A DNA stretch of 64,000 nucleotides from Candidatus Binatia bacterium. Its GTDB lineage: Bacteria > Desulfobacterota > Binatia > UBA9968 > CAXXLF01. Positions 55,877 through 64,000 of this stretch are shown here, piece after piece. The stretch's first letter is position 1; every line of letters starts with the position of its first letter. Under the pieces are notes generated by a model that was not told the DNA's origin, searched no databases, and was given only the letters and a program-made list of their open reading frames with translations. Where the stretch lies: contig CAXXLF010000002.1 in the NCBI GenBank assembly GCA_963664015.2, positions 480,001-544,000 on the forward strand, written 5' to 3'. The position numbers and the translations under genes are program-made.

Positions 55877-57613
55877 GTGGAGTCAGTTACCGGACTGTGG
55901 AGTGCGGCCCAAGATAAGGGGCGGTTCATCTGGACCGCAACCCTTGTAGCGATCCCCCAATGGGCGTTGCTAGCCCTAGTGAGCATCCTGGTCATCTACC
56001 CGATGGCCATGATCGTTTTCGGCGCCTTCTGGAGCTCGATGCCGGGAGAGCCGGGCCATCTTACCTTTGCAGGGTATACCGAGGCATTCTCCCAACCGGG
56101 CTTATTGAAGGCCCTGTGGACCACCTACTGGCTGACCATCCTGGTCAAGATCATCTCAATCACCCTCGCAATATTTTTTGCCTGGATCATCGCGCGAACC
56201 GATACCCCGGGTAGACAATGGCTGGAAGTAGGCTTCTGGCTCTATTTCTTTATGCCCTTCATGCCCCTGGCCATGGCATGGGTCCTCCTGCTGGCACCGG
56301 ACTTCGGGCTGATCAATCAGGCGCTGCAACGGCTGCCTTTTATTGATGGCTCGGTGTTCAACGTCTATTCCTACGGAGGGATCATCTGGGCCAGCACCCT
56401 CACCAGTACGTCCTTTATGGTGCTTCTCATCACCCCGGCCTTTCGCCGGATGGAGGCCAGCCTTGAGGAGGCGTCGACACTGGCAGGGGCCTCCAGGATG
56501 ACTACGATCAAACAGATCTTGATCCCGTTGATGGCCCCCACCATTCTTGGCGTCCTGTTCCTGACCTTTATCAGGGGGATCGAAGCCTTTGAGACACCGT
56601 TGATTCTAGGATATCCCGCGGGAATCCATGTCTACGGGACCAAATTATACGACCTTTTGCATGAAGAACCGCCGGCCTTTCCTCCGGCCATGGCCTTGAC
56701 CAACATTTTCTTGTTCACCCTCTTTGGTCTGATTTACCTTCAGAACAGATTCATCAAGGGGAAAACCTATACGACTATTGGAGGACGTGGATTCTCCGTA
56801 CGACCCATTTCCCTGGGACGCTGGCGATACGTCACAATGGGGATCTGTCTCGTTTGGCTCGCCATCAGCACCCTTCTTCCCGTCTTGACCCTCCTTTTCG
56901 GATCGTTCATGAAGATTTTTGGTGTTTTTTTACCAGGCGGCTCTTTTACGAGTAATAATTGGATCTATCTCTTCGAGGATCCCAGCTTCTGGTTCAGCCT
57001 GAAGAATACCCTTTTGATGGGAGCCGCCGCGGCCACCTTCGGGCTGATTCTCCACTCCATGATCAGCTACGTGATCGTCAAATCAACTTTTAAAGGCAAG
57101 AAAGCCCTCGAGTTTGTCAGCTGGTTGCCGTGGGCTGTGCCCGGAATCGTCTTAGGATTAGGGATCTTCTGGGCCTATGTGGGGGGTATCCGTTTGCCTT
57201 TCGTCCTCTATGGAACCCTTTGGATTCTGGTAATGGCAATGATCATTAAGGAAATGCCCATTGGCATCCGGGCCATGAGCGGCGGGCTGATGCAACTCAG
57301 TAACGAATTGGAAGAATCCTCCCGGGTTCACGGAGCCTCGTTCCCGCGCACCTTTCGTTCCATCGTCGTGCCCTTGTTGGCCCCTACCTTTATCGCCACG
57401 TGGATAATTATCTTCCTCGCAGCAGTAAGGGACTTGAGCACGGTGATACTTCTCTACTCGGCGAAATCCAAGGTTTTATCGGTCTTGAACTACGAGTTGT
57501 GGGCGTCTGGCCGCATGGAGTCCGCATTCGCCATCGGGCTCGTCACGACCCTTATCGTCATTGTCGCAGCGATAGCCGCCCGCCTCCTCGGAGGCAGACA
57601 AGAACTCAACTAG
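55877..57613 (+). CDS. ABC permease with two fused TM domains (FbpB-like)
   Basis: Two EAA loops: SLEEAS..GA and ELEESS..GA. Confidence 0.9.
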   Translation: MESVTGLWSAAQDKGRFIWTATLVAIPQWALLALVSILVIYPMAMIVFGAFWSSMPGEPGHLTFAGYTEAFSQPGLLKALWTTYWLTILVKIISITLAIFFAWIIARTDTPGRQWLEVGFWLYFFMPFMPLAMAWVLLLAPDFGLINQALQRLPFIDGSVFNVYSYGGIIWASTLTSTSFMVLLITPAFRRMEASLEEASTLAGASRMTTIKQILIPLMAPTILGVLFLTFIRGIEAFETPLILGYPAGIHVYGTKLYDLLHEEPPAFPPAMALTNIFLFTLFGLIYLQNRFIKGKTYTTIGGRGFSVRPISLGRWRYVTMGICLVWLAISTLLPVLTLLFGSFMKIFGVFLPGGSFTSNNWIYLFEDPSFWFSLKNTLLMGAAAATFGLILHSMISYVIVKSTFKGKKALEFVSWLPWAVPGIVLGLGIFWAYVGGIRLPFVLYGTLWILVMAMIIKEMPIGIRAMSGGLMQLSNELEESSRVHGASFPRTFRSIVVPLLAPTFIATWIIIFLAAVRDLSTVILLYSAKSKVLSVLNYELWASGRMESAFAIGLVTTLIVIVAAIAARLLGGRQELN

Positions 57614-57900
57614 AAATCCGACCAAAACTATTTCGAAAATTTTCTTTGAATTTGTAGCCGGGGAATCGGACAAACGACGACTTGCCCTGTGAGAATTAGG
57701 CTCAACCGAAGTCGAAATGTTCGCCCAAGCGCTATTCCACGGGGCGAACCCCAAAGGTGCAAAGCGAGAACAGCAAGCAGGTAGCAGCACGCGGTTAGGA
57801 GCCAGAACGAGGTAAATCGGCCGCTGATTTACTCAGATGGACGCAGAAAGAAATCCCTCTATGAATATTACCGCAGAAGCGCCCTTCCATCGCGACGATT

Positions 57901-58920
57901 CTAAGGACGATATGAATCCTGCGCCGCCTTCAGGGCATCGAGGCGAAGCGCGTTTTCCATTTGGAACCCCCGCGGCACGAGACCATCCCGCTGGCACTCC
58001 TCGAGAACTCCCAACAAGCCGTTCATCGGCAATGTAAAAGTAGGATCGATCCGGGAATAAAGGGAGTTCAGCAATTCCTCAAAACGATACCGATCCTCGG
58101 GCTCTTCCGTTGCAAATCCGCTAGCCTGTACCAGTTTGCGGATGGCCTCCCGTTCTCCAGGATCAATAACAACCTTGGCCGCATGCATCATCCCCCGAAA
58201 ACAGGAAACCACAGCGTCAAAATGTTCCCGCACTGCCAGATCAGAAACAACGGTAACCCGGTCTTGCCTGGGAGGGAAAAACTGTCCGCCATCCACCAGC
58301 TGAGGGTAACCCGCTTTGTCCATATGACGCGCGAAGGAGACACTCACCATCACCGCCTCGCCCCGACCCTCTTCGAGGAAGCGTAACGTCTGTGGCATGT
58401 CGTGCATGTTACCATGGTAAACGAATTCAACATCCTTATCCGGTTCGATCTCGAATCGACGAAATATTTCCCGGGCCTGGATATCCGTGGCACCGTTTCG
58501 GGCCCCGATAATAATCCGCTTCCCCATGAGATCTTCCATCTTCTTTATCTCTTTGGCGCCGTAGAGATGAAAGGTGTGCCCTTTGCGCCGTGCACCGCCG
58601 ATAAAAAGCGTCTTACCCTGAGCATTGGCCGCCAATACCATTGAAGTCAGGGGGTCGACTCCGAGATCAATCCATCCCTGCTCCAGTCCACGCACCTGTG
58701 CTTCCTCGTCCCCAGTGGCGATAAGCTCCACATGGCGGAGCCCCTCCTTTGCAAAGAATCCCCGCTCCATGGCCACCAGTGGTATCGCCAAGTGATTCCA
58801 TTCATCATGGGCAGCGGAAATTCGAAAAGGCCTCTCGCTGGATCCGGACTTGCCGTCAACGGCCAACCAACTACGGTACGGTCCTGCAATTAAAGTTTGT
58901 GATGAGAACGTAATGATCAA
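57901..58920 (-). CDS. NitT/TauT-type ABC substrate-binding-like protein
   Basis: VA.ERGFF..EGL..VE, I...EDL.GK; start uncertain, no clear signal peptide. Confidence 0.75.
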   Translation of the reverse strand: MIITFSSQTLIAGPYRSWLAVDGKSGSSERPFRISAAHDEWNHLAIPLVAMERGFFAKEGLRHVELIATGDEEAQVRGLEQGWIDLGVDPLTSMVLAANAQGKTLFIGGARRKGHTFHLYGAKEIKKMEDLMGKRIIIGARNGATDIQAREIFRRFEIEPDKDVEFVYHGNMHDMPQTLRFLEEGRGEAVMVSVSFARHMDKAGYPQLVDGGQFFPPRQDRVTVVSDLAVREHFDAVVSCFRGMMHAAKVVIDPGEREAIRKLVQASGFATEEPEDRYRFEELLNSLYSRIDPTFTLPMNGLLGVLEECQRDGLVPRGFQMENALRLDALKAAQDSYRP

Positions 58921-58943
58921 GCACCCCCTATTTTAGCTTGCCC

Positions 58944-60101
58944 CTATAGAAGCTTGTCCTCGAAAGGCATATCGGCCATTTTTACCGGGCCCTGATCCGT
59001 AATGAGGATCTGCTCTTCCAACTTGACAGCCACGTCATCTCCCTCGGCACCAAAGACGCAGTCCACGGAAAGGACCTGATCCTTCTTGATTGTGTCTTCC
59101 ACATCCTTTTGATATTTCATAATGCTCGGATATTCCCCGGGAGTCAGGCCATTGGAGTGGGCGATATGGAAAGAATAGAGATATTTATGAAACTCCTCGG
59201 GCACCGGGGGCAAGTTCGCCTTGACTTGCGCGATGGGGGTGCCGGGCTTGAACAATGAAATGACCCCATGGAGATATTCATGGGCACGCCGATAACGGTC
59301 CCGTTGTTTGTCCGATGCCTTGGTGCCACAGAGAAAGGTCCGGGAAGAGTCGAAGATATATCCGCAAGGCCCATAGACATGGAGGTCTAAACCCACAAGA
59401 TCTCCGTCCTGGAATTTGCGTTCCGTCGGCCAGCGCCGCCATGGATTCATGTTTTCCCCGGAGCATACATTAATTTGCAAAAGATCCTCCGCGCCCAATA
59501 GGATCACGCGGGAGAAGATAAGGCTAATCATCTCCTCTTCGCTCATTCCCGGAGCCATCTCGTCCCGAAAGGTCCGCATAATGCTGCTGTAGATCTTGGC
59601 GATTTCCTTGTAGATCAGTATCTCGTCCTGTGTCTTTACTGTCTTTGACAGCTCGAGTAAATTATCCGCAGTCATCAGGGGAATCTCTTGATGACTGAGA
59701 GCGCTAAATCCGATAGGATCGAGAGTGTCGATTCCAAGTTTTTGTCCAACAACGCCAAACTCCCTCATGAGGTCCTTAAGCTTATCGGCCCATTTCAAGG
59801 CCTTTTGATCCGCATCCGAATCCGAAGGATCCACACGATAAATGATTGGGCGGGTATCGGGATGGGAGAGCTTGACGAAACCTTCGTCCATGGACCGGAC
59901 AAAGGCAACCGGTTCGCCCTCTGCTGGAACAAATGCAGTCCCACCTGGAATACGCAGGTTCAGCACATACCTTACATTGATTCGGTTGGTCAGAAAAATC
60001 CCGCCGACGCCTTCTTCCTTCATGATTTTCTGAAGATTGCGCACACGGTCCCGTTTCAAACGCTGATCATCCCATGTCTTTTCAATAAGGCGCATATTCA
60101 C
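58944..60101 (-). CDS. M24 (pita-bread fold) peptidase/amidohydrolase-like protein
   Basis: KT.DEI, GDLV..D..GY..D.SRT, H..GL...E.P, KLEEQILIT. Confidence 0.85.
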   Translation of the reverse strand: MNMRLIEKTWDDQRLKRDRVRNLQKIMKEEGVGGIFLTNRINVRYVLNLRIPGGTAFVPAEGEPVAFVRSMDEGFVKLSHPDTRPIIYRVDPSDSDADQKALKWADKLKDLMREFGVVGQKLGIDTLDPIGFSALSHQEIPLMTADNLLELSKTVKTQDEILIYKEIAKIYSSIMRTFRDEMAPGMSEEEMISLIFSRVILLGAEDLLQINVCSGENMNPWRRWPTERKFQDGDLVGLDLHVYGPCGYIFDSSRTFLCGTKASDKQRDRYRRAHEYLHGVISLFKPGTPIAQVKANLPPVPEEFHKYLYSFHIAHSNGLTPGEYPSIMKYQKDVEDTIKKDQVLSVDCVFGAEGDDVAVKLEEQILITDQGPVKMADMPFEDKLL

Positions 60102-60364
60102 CTACCTTCCCTTCACTCATGATCTCGTTGAACTCCAGGGTGAGAAATCCTTTTTTTCGCCCTTTGCGGAGCCCACTATCACCAACAGTATCCGATCAAC
60201 AGTTTTTAATCCACCCTATGTAGGAGCAGACATCTCCCTGCCATAACACAACCCTGATAGCACATCAATGAATGACAGCGGCCTTGAACTTTCAAATCAA
60301 AATGACTATGGTTCGCACTAACCGGCAAAGCCGAGAAAACTGTGAACGGGTTGGGAGGGCAAGT

Positions 60365-61276
60365 ATGAAGGTTCTTAGATTCAACGATGACAGAATTGGA
60401 ATATCAAAAGACGGTAATACGCTCGTAGACGTCAGTGACACCATTACCCACAGGGCGGAGAAAGGCCCTAATCGAGCCATGGAAGAATTCATCGAGAGGC
60501 TCGGTTCGACACGCGGCGAAATCGACCAGGCCGTGGCGCAGGGAAAGTCGCTCCCATTGAGCAGCGTCAAGCTTCTAGCGCCAATCCCGCGGCCGAGCAA
60601 GGTGCTCGCCGCCTTTGTCAACTACCTGGACAGGATCGGAGCAGAGCCTGGAATGGTACCCATCGAATTTTTCTACAAGTGCCCCGAGTTGCTGGGACCG
60701 GAAGGGACGATCATCATCCCCGACATCCCCCCTGTCACTGTATTCCAGCCTGAGGCGGAACTTGGCTTTGTTATGGGCAAAGGGGGCAAGGATATCAGCG
60801 AATCCACCGCAATGGACTATGTCCTCGGCTACATGCCATTCATCGACGTGTCGTCCAGGGGTATGGTCCGTCGGACTCAGTTCCTGGGTAAAGGGCTGGA
60901 CACGTGGGGTCCTTGCGGCCCCTGGATTACCACTGCAGACGAAGTCGGCGACCCCTACACCCTCCAGGTCAAATCCTGGGTCAACGGAAAGCCGCGCCAG
61001 GACTACAACACCAGAGAAATGGCTCAAAAAATTCCGGCACTCATAGCCTGGGTGACCCGCTTCGTTACCCTCAATCCTGGGGATGTCATTACCACGGGCA
61101 CCTTTCATGAAGGACTGGGTCCACTCAACGACGGAGATATCGTCGAGATCGAGATAGAAAAGCTTGGACGAGCAAAGTTCTTTACCAAAGGGTATGGCGA
61201 ACGCAAGGAAGGAAACTGGGCACCCCCCATCCCCAAACCGGGTCAAAAGACCGGGCCGGGGATGAGCAAGGTTTGA
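60365..61276 (+). CDS. Fumarylacetoacetate hydrolase family
   Basis: EAEL, D.S.R, GK..DT..P.GP, PGDVI.TGT; GGAGG RBS. Confidence 0.92.
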   Translation: MKVLRFNDDRIGISKDGNTLVDVSDTITHRAEKGPNRAMEEFIERLGSTRGEIDQAVAQGKSLPLSSVKLLAPIPRPSKVLAAFVNYLDRIGAEPGMVPIEFFYKCPELLGPEGTIIIPDIPPVTVFQPEAELGFVMGKGGKDISESTAMDYVLGYMPFIDVSSRGMVRRTQFLGKGLDTWGPCGPWITTADEVGDPYTLQVKSWVNGKPRQDYNTREMAQKIPALIAWVTRFVTLNPGDVITTGTFHEGLGPLNDGDIVEIEIEKLGRAKFFTKGYGERKEGNWAPPIPKPGQKTGPGMSKV

Positions 61277-61345
61277 AAAACGACGATCCTGAGATCGCTT
61301 AAACTTTAAAACAGTCGATACCGATCGAGCGCTTGGACCCGATAC

Positions 61346-62437
61346 TCAAATGTCCAAGACCTTTCCCATCTGAACCGGGGTCCCGCGCTTGGCACACTCG
61401 TCGAGAAAGAGTTGCTTGACCTCCGCCATGGTCTCGGCGGGAATATCCTCGTAGTTCATCTGGTTACCGCCTCTTTTGGTGCTTCGCATGGTGTAAAAAG
61501 TACTTCGGTCCACCTTGTTTCGCTTGCTACTGAGCTTCAACGCCAGGTGCTCCGCCGGATCACTACTGATCACGCAGTGTTGGTGCCACCACCAGTTAGG
61601 CGGCACGATCATAGTTCCCGGCCCCCAGTATTCCTTGGTCTTGTTCTTCTCCGCCCCGTCGGGCCACATTAAGGAATAGCCCTCACCTTTAAGCCAGATC
61701 ACATGGGCCCCGGGCCCGTGGCGGTGTATCTTGCTGAAGGTCCCCCCGGGGAGCTCGACGAGATGGGCGCCGAGAACGCCGTTGGCCATCTCGAAGGAAT
61801 ATCCCCTCGAATTTACGCCCCGATTGGATTCTCGCAATTCAACGTTATAAACATCAGCGAAAAAATTACTGAAGCTTATCTCAGTTGGGATATCCCAGAG
61901 ACCAAACTTTTCGTTCTTTACCTTACCGGAAAAATAATTCTCTTCGCTATCGTACCGTTCGGGAAAGGGCGCATCGTTGTTGAAGATGAAATCGTCGTTT
62001 CGAATCAGATTCATCATGATCGGCGCCGTGGTCACCGCCAGGTACCGGGCCGTCTCCGTCCCCGAGCCATTGAAATGCTGATAGTGGCAGTTAAGCGGGA
62101 TGGCGAACAGGCTTCCCGCTTGCCACTCGAACGAGTTCTTTTTCTTCGGGTTCGTCCACACGCTGGTGCTCCCGCGACCGCTCAGCACAAAGATCATCTC
62201 CTCGTACATATGCCGTTGTGGCTTCAGCTCGCCACCCACCGGGATCTCGCAGATGTACGACGCATTCATCTCGCCGGTGCCGTCCAGTTGTATCTGCACC
62301 GCCTTACCGCCGGTGCGGTCCCAGGGCCTGAGGGACTGGGTATAGACATTGTCGATCTTGGCACCCCGAATCAGGTCCAGCCCTTCCCGCTCCACCCACT
62401 CGTCAAAATACAGGCAGTTCCACTTCATCTCAGCCAT
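61346..62437 (-). CDS. Bicupin-domain protein (paralog of 888-2075)
   Basis: RHMYEE..FEWQAGSLFAIPLN..HFN, HRHGPGAH..G.GY..WWHQH. Confidence 0.85.
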   Translation of the reverse strand: MAEMKWNCLYFDEWVEREGLDLIRGAKIDNVYTQSLRPWDRTGGKAVQIQLDGTGEMNASYICEIPVGGELKPQRHMYEEMIFVLSGRGSTSVWTNPKKKNSFEWQAGSLFAIPLNCHYQHFNGSGTETARYLAVTTAPIMMNLIRNDDFIFNNDAPFPERYDSEENYFSGKVKNEKFGLWDIPTEISFSNFFADVYNVELRESNRGVNSRGYSFEMANGVLGAHLVELPGGTFSKIHRHGPGAHVIWLKGEGYSLMWPDGAEKNKTKEYWGPGTMIVPPNWWWHQHCVISSDPAEHLALKLSSKRNKVDRSTFYTMRSTKRGGNQMNYEDIPAETMAEVKQLFLDECAKRGTPVQMGKVLDI

Positions 62438-62727
62438 TTAATTTCCTCCTATATCGATGGATTCATGATTGCCTATAACTACCAAACCTTGACAATCGAG
62501 GCAACGAATCAATAGTATCCCTCCTGTGATTAACCACAAGGGCGGAAAGTCGTAGTACCTGCCAGGAAACGCACAGGGTAAAGGGATCTGAGGGGAAATG
62601 ACCTATCAATCGTATAAGACACAGGTTTCCTGCATATTCAGCTTATGATGACCGGGGACACCTAGCGCCTCCAGACCCTAAGCAACTGCACCTGGGCACG
62701 GGACAAATTCTATTCTAAGGAGGGCCA

Positions 62728-64000
62728 ATGAAGGAGACTTGGGCGACTGTCGGTCAAAGAACCGTCCCCGTGTACGCAAGGGAAAAGGTTATGGGAACGG
62801 CCAAGTTCGCGCCCGATATCAGCCTGCCCAATCTCTTGTGGATGAAAATCCTGAGGAGTCCCCATCCCCACGCCCGGATCCTCGAACTGGATACCTCCGA
62901 GGCCGAGCGTCTTGCTGGAGTAAACGCCGTTCTCACATACCGGGACGTCCCGCGGGTCCTATTCGGGCCGTTCGAGAACGAGCTCTATCCACTGGACCAG
63001 GAGGTTCGCTTTATCGGCGATGCCGTAGCAGCAATAGCGGCGGAAGATTGGAACATCGCAGAGGAGGCAACACGGGCAATCCAAGTAAAGTACGAAATTT
63101 TACCGGCAGTCTTCGACCCGGAGACTGCAGCGCAACCGGGTGCGCCCATCGCAGTTTTGGACCTTCCGGACCCCGATAGCACAATTCCTTGGTGGCAAGA
63201 CCACGCAAATCCCACCTTTCGGGACAATACGACCAATGTCTACAGCCGAGCCCCTGGTGAACCGACCTTATTTAACCGGAGGGGCGACGTAGAAAAGGAT
63301 TTTCAGGAAAGCGACTATCTGGTTGAGAGGGTTTTCCACCAGCCCCATGTGAGCGGGGTCGCCCACGAGCCACGAGCCTGTGTGGCAGTTTGGGAGAATG
63401 GGCAATGCACCCTCTGGTGTTCAGTACAGGAACCCTACAAGCTGGCCAACTCGGTCGCCCGCGTTCTGGATATTCCCGAAAAATCGGTCAGGGTCATTTC
63501 AACCATGATTGGGGGTGGCTTCGGCGTCAAAGTTACGGGAAGATTTGCTATCCTGTGCGCCCTCATGGCCCGGAAAACCGGGAGACCGGTCAAGGTCTGG
63601 CACACTAGAGAAGAGGAGAGTCTGGACTCCCACAACCGGCCCGCCCTGGTTCATTACGTAAAGGCAGGTGCTAAACGTGATGGATCTATCGTTTCCTTCA
63701 AGATTAAGACCTATTTGAATAACGGCTATTGGCTGGGCAAGAGCACAACCAGGCTTGCTCACGGAATGGTCAATCACATCATGGACCTCTACCATCCATG
63801 CCCCAATGTCCTGTGGGAAGTATTTGTCACCAGAACGAATCTGCCCTCCGCCGGTCCTTATCGGGGACGTTCCGATGCGGAGAGTCACTTCGCCATCGAT
63901 TCGGTGGTGGATGAGCTAGCTCACAAGGCTCAGATGGATCCCCTCGAGTTTCGCCTGAAGAACAGGATCCATACCGGCAACGACCTCTGCTCATCTCCGG
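62728..64000 (+). CDS. Xanthine dehydrogenase/CoxL-family molybdopterin subunit, runs off window edge
   Basis: AAGGAGG RBS; EKV.G.AKF..D..ILRSPHPHARI, IGGGFGVK, PYRG, MDPLEFR. Confidence 0.92.
   Translation, partial: MKETWATVGQRTVPVYAREKVMGTAKFAPDISLPNLLWMKILRSPHPHARILELDTSEAERLAGVNAVLTYRDVPRVLFGPFENELYPLDQEVRFIGDAVAAIAAEDWNIAEEATRAIQVKYEILPAVFDPETAAQPGAPIAVLDLPDPDSTIPWWQDHANPTFRDNTTNVYSRAPGEPTLFNRRGDVEKDFQESDYLVERVFHQPHVSGVAHEPRACVAVWENGQCTLWCSVQEPYKLANSVARVLDIPEKSVRVISTMIGGGFGVKVTGRFAILCALMARKTGRPVKVWHTREEESLDSHNRPALVHYVKAGAKRDGSIVSFKIKTYLNNGYWLGKSTTRLAHGMVNHIMDLYHPCPNVLWEVFVTRTNLPSAGPYRGRSDAESHFAIDSVVDELAHKAQMDPLEFRLKNRIHTGNDLCSSP

Noticed and set aside
62521-62727. Moco riboswitch upstream of the Mo-hydroxylase
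   Set aside because: CCTAAG and GCCTCC are present but not in the expected order; no convincing fold

Overview
Bacterial chromosomal window, moderately GC-rich. The gene content (Rieske oxygenases, UbiD, TTT/TRAP/ABC transporters, bicupins, a Mo-hydroxylase) tentatively suggests a Ca. Binatia/deltaproteobacteria-like organism; this is an inference. About 1-38 kb is a decaying accessory mosaic: an EutA-like ATPase with a bicupin, metal-resistance genes (arsC, aquaporin, merF remnant, copA, ctaG, TlpA, DUF2231, DUF411), a DM13/DoxX/gdh/GH15 block, a GMC dehydrogenase and TTT transport, with many pseudogenes and deletion chimeras. About 39-64 kb is largely intact (metH, larE, SagB-like nitroreductase, grxD, fxsA, UbiD, two Rieske oxygenases, ABC components, M24, FAH, bicupin, xanthine-dehydrogenase-family subunit). 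Top observations: (1) a probable selenoprotein missed by the ORF track, DUF411/CopG-like, with TGA at the first Cys of CxCC and a SECIS-like hairpin; (2) four copies of a non-autonomous IS200/IS605-like palindromic element with TTTAT/TTGAT left and TCAT right boundaries; (3) an EutA-like ATPase paired with a bicupin, with no eutBC visible; (4) nested small palindromic repeats. No rRNA, tRNA or CRISPR array was seen.
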